A DNA stretch of 64,000 nt from Antedon mediterranea (Eukaryota > Animalia > Echinodermata), in the NCBI RefSeq assembly GCF_964355755.1, contig NC_092673.1, forward strand, positions 35,833,648 through 35,897,647, read 5' to 3'. Shown one piece after another: positions 43,001 through 52,500 of the stretch. The position numbers and the translations under genes were made by a program. Below the pieces are notes generated by a model. The model was not told the DNA's origin. It did no database searches and worked only from the letters and a program-made list of their open reading frames with translations. The first letter of the stretch is position 1. Every line of letters begins with the position of its first letter.

Positions 43001-43594
43001 GCTTACCATTTACTCCATGCTATTACATCCTCGATTTTTCTCACAAATGCTAATTTATTCATTGTGTAGGCCTAGCCATTTCCTTCGCGTAATAGGGATA
43101 TACCCGCAACAACCAAACATTATGCAATTGTTGTGACGCGCGCCTACACTTGGTAAAAGCTAACCTTGCAAACATATTTCAAAATCAATTTATTTGTATT
43201 TTTGACGTGGATTTGTCAATTCGGAATTTTAATTAAATTAAACGTTTGTTTTCTACAAAAAGTAATAGATCTGAACGAGGCAAAACACTAAATAATAACA
43301 ATGTCTAGATAATTATATTTAAATAAATAAATAACTTATAAATTCATATTCTTTGTTATTGAAAGAAATGCATTGTAATTTACTATTAATCTGATTTATT
43401 TAGATTTATTATACACATTTATTTTGGGGTAACATTTAAAGTTTAAAATTTAACTAAATATTTTATGAGTAAAATAAACATGCTTACCCTTGCTGCCAAT
43501 GAATTATTTCCTCATATCGGACAGTTTTCCGTCCACGGCGACGACGTTTTCCGATCAAATCCGGAGTGGGTGAAGCATACTCGGAATAAAACAT
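13091..43594 (-). CDS. Uncharacterised Munc13/MUN (MHD1-MHD2)-like protein with split C-terminal DEP-like domain, ~1733 aa, 30 coding exons
   Basis: Phase-consistent GT-AG exons (minus strand): 43488-43594, 41736-41936, 38791-38838, 37622-37778, 31263-31577, 30807-30887, 29323-29492, 28986-29082, 28556-28599, 27765-27873, 27080-27185, 26595-26695, 26179-26271, 24831-24904, 24364-24457, 23320-23408, 22758-22863, 22404-22553, 19928-21049, 19556-19654, 18779-18922, 18381-18495, 17850-17932, 17181-17366, 16596-16679, 16051-16116, 15658-15738, 14766-14937, 14330-14410, 13091-13917. They sum to 5202 nt of open frame. Munc13-like motifs: LLKEFGLRYGVGDVYRKAVYL (cf. DEFAMRYGVESIYQAM), MCVRINNI, LQPITEFLDNHM..HALWENIV, EFMYHEGDGL and LLQLHSMDTRQLI. 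DEP-like motifs: CFSGHQLLHWI, DALGVCQKLLDHKVIQ and FTDDAFHFYRF. The exon structure is firm; the family call is from recalled motifs. Confidence 0.85.
15123..15326. repeat. 51-bp tandem repeat x4 (intronic)
   Basis: TAGAGGTAACCGAAATTGAATATTTGCTACACTGTCTTCACTGGAATTGAG repeated identically. Confidence 0.95.
16807..17180 (-). mobile_element. tRNA-derived SINE, apparently full length, abutting the exon 17181-17366 donor
   Basis: Minus strand: A-box GTGGCCGAGCGGTTAAG at 17176-17160, B-box GGTTCGAGGC at ~17120-17110, body, then an A-rich tail at 16845-16807. A diverged body copy lies at ~63600-63735. Confidence 0.8.
19328..19483. mobile_element. PIF/Harbinger-like MITE family (AGCTCTGTCTACAC TIR, TWA flanks); representative of ~13 copies
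   Basis: TTA-AGCTCTGTCTA...TAGACAGAGCT-TTA. Other copies at ~10023-10156, 17978-18121, 21318-22355 (split), 26008-26161, 27286-27416, 28000-28168, 30418-30571, 37809-38270 (internally amplified), 38534-38686, 49180-49333, 50361-50523 and 51054-51215. Confidence 0.88.
21391..22290. mobile_element. Unclassified ~900-bp insertion splitting a Harbinger-like MITE, ending in a ~160-bp palindrome
   Basis: The MITE left half stops at ~21390 and resumes at ~22287 (ATATCACTACCATATT...TTTGATAGTGTAGAC). 22130-22290 is a near-perfect inverted repeat centred on GGGAATATATATTCCC. Confidence 0.65.
22964..23145. mobile_element. MITE-like element
   Basis: TIRs TAAGGTTTATCGCAAATAGC / GCTATTTGCGATAAAACTTA. Confidence 0.7.
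23520..24098. mobile_element. Kolobok-like non-autonomous DNA transposon, copy 1
   Basis: TTAA flanks (23516-23519 and 24099-24102); imperfect TIRs AGGCCAGGTGCGGGCA / TGCCTGTACCTGAGCT; near-identical second copy at 39370-39968. Confidence 0.75.
24436..24770. repeat. ~104-bp tandem repeat x3 overlapping an exon start and splice acceptor
   Basis: GCGCAGTCAAATCAAAGAATCTATTGTATCAAAAGAT recurs at ~24438, ~24542 and ~24646. Confidence 0.85.
25053..25995. repeat. 52-bp minisatellite x~18
   Basis: AAGCATTAGGAGTAGAT(C/T)ACTGTTATGTGAATGACTAGTGGAATACGCCTGT, almost invariant. Confidence 0.97.
29514..30406. repeat. 53-bp minisatellite x~15 grown from a Tc1/pogo-like MITE fragment
   Basis: Unit GGGACACCCCTGGAACAGAGACACTGTCTTGTTAAATGCACAATACAAAAGGA, preceded by AGAACCTCTTATTTTGGACAC..ATTCAAGGGACACC. 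Related MITE remnants lie at 31070-31131 and 48256-48486. Confidence 0.9.
30935..31073. repeat. 23-bp tandem repeat x6
   Basis: GAGTGAAATATCATCAACATATA units. Confidence 0.85.
31589..31770 (-). mobile_element. LINE (L2/CR1-like) 3'-end fragment
   Basis: The minus strand reads (W)NDLPPAIQQAPTIITFKQLLKTHLF, the typical ORF2 C-terminal motif, followed by a short UTR and an (ATT)n tail. Confidence 0.7.
32269..32398. mobile_element. Small hAT-like MITE (CAGGGGCGGATCCAG..CTGGATCCGCCTCT(G)); the Academ element is inserted in its right terminus
   Basis: The ends are inverted, and the last base of the right TIR (..CCTCT|G) reappears after the Academ TSD at 36449-36452 (TCTG). Confidence 0.6.
32399..36448. 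mobile_element. Academ (AcademX-type) derived foldback element: two inverted copies of the transposase 3' end plus subterminal repeats
   Basis: Termini TAGTAGGC(A/C)TGTTAAG..CTTAACAGGCCTACTA; 3-bp TSD TCT at 32396-32398 and 36449-36451. Arms 32399-34450 and 34582-36448 are reverse complements. The decayed ORF has XPG/FEN1-like motifs (VLDGPAII, EEADERMFVH, DSDVVV, SGCDRTS) and a terminal Cys cluster CGHTDCDLGCCKCRKSDLRCTELCGCQGKC. Confidence 0.88.
34451..35644 (+). pseudogene. Decayed Academ XPG-nuclease/Cys-finger ORF, right arm (a mirror copy lies on the minus strand at ~33470-34450)
   Basis: ORF fragments 34444-34626, 34538-34858 and 34873-35151 plus the Cys cluster at ~35535-35644, separated by frameshifts and stops. 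Confidence 0.8.
36705..36962. repeat. ~51-bp tandem repeat x5
   Basis: AAAATACAAGATACAGATTGCT(A/TG)AATATACTTGAAGGCTAATAATAATAT units. Confidence 0.9.
37426..37518. repeat. 13-bp tandem repeat x7 (TAGGGTCACCCTC)
   Basis: Direct reading; each unit contains the quasi-palindrome GGGTCACCC. Confidence 0.9.
37870..38280. repeat. ~81-bp tandem repeat x5 made from the right half of a Harbinger-like MITE
   Basis: ATCATGTCCACATATGGGCACATCATATTGTTTTGTCACATTTAGTTTGATAGTGTG repeated after the MITE left TIR at 37809. Confidence 0.88.
39370..39968. mobile_element. Kolobok-like non-autonomous DNA transposon, copy 2
   Basis: Colinear and near-identical to 23520-24098; right flank TTAA, left flank altered. 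Confidence 0.75.
40127..41181. mobile_element. piggyBac-like non-autonomous DNA transposon
   Basis: TTAA TSD (40123-40126 and 41182-41185); perfect 14-bp TIR CACTTTGACTGCCA / TGGCAGTCAAAGTG; duplicated subterminal palindrome AAAACGAAGATCTTCGT near the right end. Confidence 0.88.
41340..41692. mobile_element. Degenerate MITE-like inverted-repeat element
   Basis: TTTTCACCTGCA..TGTTACAACTT..AACCAGGTTT at the left end versus AAACCTGGTTAAGTTGTTACA..TGCAGATGTGAAAA at the right end. Confidence 0.5.
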
Positions 43595-44034
43595 GTTTTT
43601 TTATATATATATTTCGGCTTGTTTACAGCCTACCTTTGCTCCACTAAGTCGTACATGCGAATGTACCTGATGTGTGTGTGTGTGTGTTGTTTCAGTATGG
43701 TATTTCGTCCTACCATCATTTCGATTATGTTGGTATATCGTCTACCAGCTTCTTTCAAAATTAGCTATTGTATTAATTACCTTCCAATCACAGCCCAATA
43801 TAATCTTGATAACAATATTTTGAATAACAATCGCAATTATTCATGAATCCGGTTTAAAACACCGTTTATTTTAATGTAGACATCTTCCATTACAAGACAA
43901 ATATTTGATACAAATACATTTTATACATTTTACAATATTACGCTTAAACTTTCTTTGCATAGATAATGACTCATATTACAATATACGCATGATTATTAAA
44001 AGGATACACTTAATTAATTATTATTAAATGTATT

Positions 44035-44722
44035 CATCGCCGATTCATCGTCATCGTCATTGCCATCTTACCATCATAATGCATCACTTTCATCGTCGTC
44101 ATTATTATTATCATAATGCATCATTGTCATCGTCATCATTATCATCATAATGCATCATAGTCATCGTCATTATCATCATAATGCATCATTGTCATCGTCG
44201 TCATTATCATCATAATTCATCATTGTCATCGTCGTCATTATTATCATCATAATGCATCATTGTCATCGTCGTCATTATTATCACAATAATTCATCATTGT
44301 CATCGTCGTCATTATTATCATAATAATGCATCATTGTCATCGTCGTCATTATTATCACAATAATTCATCATTGTCATCGTCGTCATTATCATCATAATGC
44401 ATCATTGTCATCGTCGTCATTATTATCATCATAATTCATCATTGTCATCGTCGTCATTATCATCATAATTCATCATTGTCATCGTCGTCATCATAATTCA
44501 TCATTGTCATCATAATACATCATTGTCATTGTCGTCATTATTATCATCATAATGCATCATTGTCATCGTCGTCATTATTATCATCATAATGCATCATTGT
44601 CATCGTCGTCATTATTATCATCATAATGCATCATTGTTATCGTCATCATTGTCATCATAATGCATCATTGTCCTCGTCATCATTGTTATCATCATCGTCG
44701 TCATCATTATCAGCATCATCAT
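44035..44722. repeat. Complex (CAT/CGT/TAT)n-derived minisatellite between the MUN-like gene start and the HPS1 end
   Basis: ~36-39-bp units CATAATGCATCATTGTCATCGTCGTCATTATTATCAT. Confidence 0.9.
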
Positions 44723-45355
44723 AATATTTTGTAGAATATGCTGTTGCTTATCATTAGCTATTAAAAACTCTCCTTCACTCTTACCCCAATTCTAGCTCAT
44801 ACTTCTACTTGCATTTATTAAATAGCTATTTAGAACATGTAAAAAAGATAACATGCAAAGCAACAACTTCTCTATTTGTAATATTGTTTTTATTAATGCA
44901 TAGCCACCATAATCATGTAAAAATGTGTACATTTGTGGATTGTGTCAATTATGGTATTTGTTATAGTGCCATTTATCACAATGAACTTGATACTTTATTC
45001 AATATGTCCATTTTGATTTTATTTTGTTATGGACTGTGTTAATTGTACATCATTGTGTTTCACATATTTATTATATTGTAATCTACAGTTTTTCTATGTT
45101 TCTCCTTCTAAGGGAGATGAATAAATTTGATTTGTTTTGTTTGCTGTAACAAAGTTTAATAATAATAAATAGCAATTAAGATAAAAACAGTTAAAACTAC
45201 AGTATATATTATTGCTTATATCAAAGCTGTTCGAAATGTTTTTTCTTCAAACCGAGTTCCTTAATTATTCCTATCCATTTGTTTGATTTGAAGAAAATTA
45301 TTTTTTTGTAAACATCATTTCAAGATTCTATATAAAAATACAATAATATGCATAT

Positions 45356-46399
45356 CAGGGCCGTAGCCAGGATCTGTCAAGGGGGGGTTCGGACACTAAA
45401 TATTTGGGTCACCCCCCCCCCCCCCTCACCCAGCCTGGTGCGAAGCGAATTTTGTTAATTGACACCCCTAGATGGCCGGAAAAGCATGCTATATAACCAA
45501 TGAGCAAAAAGATCATACTTTTTTTCTCCTCCTCAAACACGTCGATAATTTAAATGACGATAACTATTTGTTGCCGTATGTTAGATGCGCGTGCTCTGTG
45601 CGGAACCGCCGATTGTTTGATCAATTACTACGTATTTTGTTTTGTGTTCAAGTTCAATGCGAACGTATATCTAGGAGCAGCTCCGAAAAAAGCACACTGG
45701 GTGAAGGCAAATGCTATTTGCTAGCTTTATCTATAATATTTATTTACAGCAATTTGTTGAGGAATATAAATATGTAAATAGGTGATATTGATACATTTTA
45801 GTACGTATCGGCTGGTGGTCTAGAAAAAAATAATCGGATGCCATAATGTGAACTACGTCAGTACTTGATACCATAGATATTATAGTGTAAAATATTAATA
45901 TTCACTATAATCCTCTATGATACATTATACTTCATAGTCACACATAAATACTGATGTACGTCGGAAGGCTATACTTTATGCATGCTGTCTGACTGCCAGT
46001 GATCTAAACAATTATAGGTACGCAGTTGTCTGGCGGTGTCCTTTGTACGAATCGTTCGTGCGCCAGCTCGCTATGAGACGCGTCAATATCATGTTACATG
46101 CAGGGACCAAACATTTATTTTTCAGGTTAAAGTCGGCAATTCATTTGCAGCTTTTAGAAATTTACAGACACGTATCACTAGTTGACGCTCATACAGAGAA
46201 GAAGGTTCACGAACAAGTTTACGAATTTTTCAATTTACAAACAACTTTTTGTACTGTGGGGCACGTATTTGGAGGATTTTTGGAGATGAGGGTGAGGTAT
46301 TGGGCATGTCGGGGATGGGGGTTCGCAGTTGGTTAAGGGGGGTTCGCTGTAAAGGGGGGTTCGCCCGAACCATAAAAACCCCCCCTGGCTACGGGCCTG
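45356..46399. mobile_element. hAT-like non-autonomous element
   Basis: Ends CAGGGCCGTAGCCAGG / CCTGGCTACGGGCCTG, subterminal GGGGGGTTCG motifs, and CATAT repeated on both flanks (45351-45355 and 46400-46404). Confidence 0.65.
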
Positions 46400-46537
46400 C
46401 ATATTGTACACATACAATTTTTGTCATATAAAATATTTTGAAATTTATTTACTATGAAACCCATACATATAACCGCCAAGTGGATGCACTATGAAACCTA
46501 GCCCTCCCCTCCTCCTCCCCTTCATTTGCAACACTCA

Positions 46538-49500
46538 TCATAATAATGATATGGGTTTCTGGATATCACCTGTCTCCCATAACCAGAGTGCTAGCTTCTG
46601 ACTCTGAGCAAGTACAAACTGTATAGGTACAACTGCCAAGTGGATGCACATGAGTTCATAGCATTGTACTAGTCCTGGGGTAAGACTTGGAAAGCAGCTT
46701 TGCACCAAATTCCTAGAAAAAATCACATACATTAATACAATGTATAACCAAAACAAATGAATAACATATCAGCACCATCTCTCCTACCACAATCACCACC
46801 ACAAATGAATATTGTAAAATACCACAATCTCCACTACAAATGATATCAACCTCACCACCACTGTCCACGGTACCACAATCAGCAACACAAAACAAATATT
46901 GGCCCCCCTGCCCCTAACACAATCTCCACCACAAATTGTATCAAAATTGTATCAACCTCATCACCACCAACCCTGGTACCATAATCACCCCATCTATATT
47001 GCTATTATAACTATTATGACATAACAACCTCATCACCACCAACCCTGGTACCATAATCACCCCATCTATATTGCTATTATGACATAACAACCTCATCACC
47101 ACCAACCCTGGTACCATAATCACCCCATCTATATTGCTATTATGACATAACAATACCCATAAAATACTCAACAAATTGCTGTTGTCATCTACATTAAATT
47201 GTGTACATTATTCCATTTTGATTGAAACATGAAAACCTGCTTCTGGCCACGCTTACTTATAGAAATCTGTTGCAATTATCCCTGGAGGAGGACCATTGAT
47301 ATCTATAGTGGGTATCACACGGCACTCTAAAGAACTGCCCTGAAAATATAATGAATCAAGACTTTTTATTGGCATCTCCTTACACCAGAAATCATATATT
47401 TTTTTAAACTTGATTTCTTTTACAGAAGACTACAAATGATGGTTCATTACCATGTTCTTTTAAATACACACCTATGATATACTGTACAATAATATGCCAT
47501 TAGTGAATAAATAAATGTTTTTTGAATTTGAACTTAAACTATAAATACAGTTTATTCAATAGAATACAATTGAGTATAAAAACAGGCCTTTATGTATACC
47601 ATTGGTAACAGTACAATTGAGTATGAAAACAGGCCTTTATGTATACCATTGGTAACAGTACAATTGAGTGTGAACACAGGCCTTTATGTATACCATTGGT
47701 AACAGTACAATTGAGTATGAAAACAGGCCTTTATGTATACCATTGGTAACAGTACAATTGAGTATAAAAACAGCCTTTTATGTATACCATTGGTAACAGT
47801 ACAATTGAGTGTGAACACAGGCCTTTATGTATACCATTGGTAACAGTACAATTGAGTGTGAACACAGGCCTTTATGTATACCTACCGAAGTATCTTCAAA
47901 CCACAAGAAGTATGAGTAGAAGAAGTCGCCTTCTCTGTAGGCCACAGATATATAACCTTCTTTAATGAACCTGTGTAATTTACCAGTCATTGACCAAACC
48001 TATGATAAAATGAGTAACATTAAAGATGAAGAAACCTGCAAGAATTCACTCTAGTCTTCTGCTTAATATTAAAGTAAAGGCGAGTCCTGTGTTCATTCTA
48101 AACGTAGGCATTGTGTGGTAGGGTGGCCAGTTCCTTTCCACGTTAGTAGTTTCAACCAGGTACTCATTTACAGCTGAGTTGACTGGGAGTTTAGGGGGCC
48201 CCCCTGTATGAAAGTCACATGTTCTAACCACTCAGCTACACAACTCCCTAAAACACTTATTCAGGGAACACCCCTATTCAGGGGTTATTCTCCTGTGAAT
48301 CGAAGAACACTGTGCAACATATAACCAAGATGTTCAAAGAGGGACTCACAAACCTTAACAGGTTTATAGTCTAAAGGTCAAGGTAAATCAAGGTAAATAT
48401 ACATCCAACTCCTATTCAGGTGATACCTCTATTAAAGGGACATTTCTTGGGTCCTAAAGATGTCCCCTACAGGTGTTCTAATGTATTTTACTTTACCTTA
48501 TCATGGATTAAAAGAGATGCATCTCTTCCATCACTCCCCTCTGTCTTTGTAACATTCACAGCTGGTGCTGTAATAAGATCAGCCGTCCTATCTATATACA
48601 CAAAGTGTATCAGACCTGGGAACTTCTCAAGATAAGTTGTCATTGTTATGTTTCTTTGAGCTTTCACTGTAAGGTACTGTTGGTAAAGACATAAATGATT
48701 TGCAGTGTGTTTCTGTACACTGTCCAAAGTCTTCTCATAAAGAGGTCCAGAATGTTTTGGAGATAGATATTTCAATCTGAATATTGTTCGCAAGATTCTT
48801 TTAAGTTCAGATACAGCAGATTCCAATCTGATGATAAAAAAAAGTAAATTACAGAATAAATAAGACTAATAATAGTTATATAATTTAATATTGTGAAACC
48901 AAACAAAGTCATTATTTTTTGGATCAAACACATGGATTTTTAAATTTGTATTTTTGGAAAACAGTTATCTGCATTTGTGGTTCCAAATGTACCAGTTGCT
49001 AGGCAATGTGAAAGGGGTAGTACCATTGGTTCTGAAATACTGAGTACTGAAAAATGGCCAAAATTCAATATCTTTAATCCCTCATTGGGAAATTTAAAAA
49101 ACATGAAACACACCAGTACAAAATATATAATACAACAAATTAAACATCATGTATACAATTTTTAAAATTTAAAATTATCTAAAGCTCTGTCTACACTATC
49201 AACAAAAAAATGTGATGTGCCCATATATGGACATGATGATGTCATATCACTACGATATTTGGGAATATCACTACTATATTTGGGCACATCACATTTTTTT
49301 GTCAAACTAGTTTGATAATGTAGACAGAGCTTAATACAGTACAGTCTGATGGAAACTTGTACAAATGAATTTCTTTTACGGTAAATCTTTATGATTTGAA
49401 TACCTTACCTAGGTGTCATTGGTTCTGGTATACCACTATCAGAATACTGAAAAAGCCCAAATTTACGGCAATTATCCCAGCAAGCATTGAGAGAATTAAA

Positions 49501-52500
49501 ATGCCTCAAAAGAACACCCTAAAACAGCGAAATAATAATAACATTTTTAAAAATTCTAAATTTTAAATTTGTGTTGGTATAATTTTCAAAACATGTACAA
49601 ACAGCGACCCATGTTGTTTTTGTTTAAAAAAAATCTTTTTTTTTACATATTTTTTTGTTTATGAAGGTTGTCTGGCATGATGAATATGAATTAGCAATAT
49701 TTTCGACAAACATTGTAATTAATATTTCTGACCATGGCATGGAACACACGATTTTCTTAGATTTTAATCTTTCTCAATTTACTTATATATATATAAGTGT
49801 GCGTGTATTATTCACTGTAAACTTGTTGCACATTGAGACTGTGCCTCTGATTTAAAAGAGACACAATAAAAGTTAAATTCAGTGTGTACTGTACATTTAA
49901 ATGGTTACCAAACTGACAAGCACCTGCTTCTTTTGGTATACTATTGAATATTGTAACATTCTCACTCCTGAGGACAATCAAGGATATTGACATCGAGAAA
50001 CTAACAGTTTTTTTTAGAAATAATATAAGTCACATGTATTGCAAACTTTATATCAACATTTGCTTTCGCTATGCAAACCTTCAAAAAATGTAATTGTAAT
50101 AGTGAATAAAAAAAAATTTGCCAACTTTATATTTAAAATATTGTACTAACCCTTGATTTTTGTAAAAGTTCTCTAATCTTTTTAATATACATATCAATAC
50201 CATCGACAGCTCTTTTCAATGTCACCCTCGTCTGACGTTCAACCTTGTCATGATCTAGGGGTTCTAAGGAATCCAGTGCTTTGCAAAGATATTCAGCTAA
50301 CTTGGATTTAACCTGCAAAAAATGATATGTTTTGATCAAATGTTAGCTTCTCAGTCTCTTGAGCTCTGTTTACACTATCAAACTAGTTTGACAAAAAAAG
50401 TGTGATGTGCCCATATATGATAGTGATATGATCAAATATGGTAGTGATATGACATCATCATGTCCATATATAGGCAAATCACATTTTTTGTCACATAAAG
50501 TTTGATAGTGTAGACAAGGCTTAAGGAAATAGATATTTATGACATGAATAAAACAAAGAATTCTGGGATTTGAACACAAGCACATTGAGTTTAACAATAA
50601 TTGCAGCAACAAAAACAGACAATATGTTTATATAAATTAAGAAATCACAAAATCTCACCTCACTTAGTATGACCATAGTAATACCAGGTAGAATTGGAAT
50701 AAACTGAGCAATGTGAGGAGTGTATTCACATGAATGACTTCTAAGAAACACAGGTATTCTTAATTTCTCATTTCTTGGAAACTGTCGTGGCTTGGTCGGT
50801 TTTAACGTGGCAAATGTAAATATAGGATTCTCTTGGAACGTAGGCTGTACCTCTTCAGGCACTGTATCATCATCAGAATAATCTGTCTGGAAAATGGGCA
50901 AACATTTTAAAATCTAAATTATCATTTCTCCTGATTAGCTGAAGTAGTCAAATTTCAAAACCGCATTTAATTCTATAACTTTTCTTTCAATCAAAGCAAT
51001 TTATTAATTGCTTACTGCATTTTTTTGTTGGACTATTAATTTATAGTCTATACCGCTCTGATTTGACTATCAAACTTATGTGACAAAAAAAAATGTGATC
51101 ATATACTGTATGGACACGTTGATGTCATATTTCTACCATATTTTGGCAAATCACATTTTCTTGTCACATAAAGTTTGATAGTGTAGATAAAGTTTGATAG
51201 CGTAGATAAAGCTTAAATTAGTTGCATCCAGATGGCAGCTGAAGTTACAAGCCTAATTGCATATTCTCTGAGAATCAGAATACGAAACTAATCACAGGTC
51301 AGTGAACTATACTTACTTCAGAGATCTGATTCTGTTCATCATACAAAGCTTTAAAATCAATAGTTCTATCATTTTGAGGTGTAAAAAAGCGATCTTCATG
51401 CTCACATGTGTCTCTTCCATGAATATCTAATGATTTGGGAATATGATACCTAACATGATGAGTGCAGGGATCTACTACATCAGTAGCTACGTTATCTTCA
51501 CTGTCTGATATGTCTTGGTCCACATTAACATCTTTAGAAGGACTTTGTTGTGAGTTATGGTTGATTGGCTCCATAATAGTTGGAATGTCAGATGGTAATG
51601 TGATTTCTGGTAGGGTCATCTCTTCTTCCACAGGTGTGCAACATCTCTCTGGTGTATTTGCAGGACTATTTGATGAGTTTGGCTATTAAAAAAATTAATA
51701 AAAAAATCTTTAATTTTAAACGGAGGCTTGTTCACAACAAAATGTGTTCTTGCACAAGGCCGTATGAAAGAAGTACAACTGCAGTATCACAACTAGCAAC
51801 ATTTATAAACAATATTATTCTTTATATCTTATTTTAATATAAAACAAATCAGAAAATGTTGCTAACTTTGTAGCTTTAGAAGAAGAAAAAATAATTTACA
51901 GTGTGAAAATCCTCTCCATCTCCACTAGCATCTCCACTATTAGCAGTGCTGGAAGTTTGTCTTCTGTTCTCCATCATACACTCGTTGCTTAGCAACTCAG
52001 GTGTGTCACATGACTGATCATCAACAGCCTTGAATGGATGTGAGAGCATGTCATCTAGCGTCTCTATTGATGGATAGATGTCACATGCTAGAAGTGTTAA
52101 AAGCAAGATGTCCGATGGTTGCAGTTCTTTTGCTTTAGGACTGTAAATGTAAAAACATAAATAACAAAATATGAAAATAGATATATAAATGTAAATTATA
52201 TATTTTCTATGTCTTGAGAGATTACTATAGTGGATTATAGTGGTACCTGGATTATAGTGATGCCTGGATTATAGTGGTACCTGGATCATAGTGATGCCTG
52301 GATTATAGTGGTACCTGGATTATAGTGATGCCTGGATTATAGTGGTACCTGGATCATAGTGATGCCTGGATTATAGTGGTACCTGGATTATAGTGATGCC
52401 TGGATTATAGTGGTAACTGAATTATAGTGATGCCTGGATTATAGTGGTACCTGGATTATAGTGCACCTGGATATAATGGCACCTAGATTATAGTTGTTCC

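Noticed and set aside
44035-44722. His-rich or Asp/Met-rich coding region
   Set aside because: Triplet-derived satellite with frequent stops, no splice signals and no ORF in the supplied track.
49808-50003. Extra HPS1 exon
   Set aside because: Exons 50151-50312 and 49409-49518 join in frame; candidate splice sites here give a stop or a frameshift.
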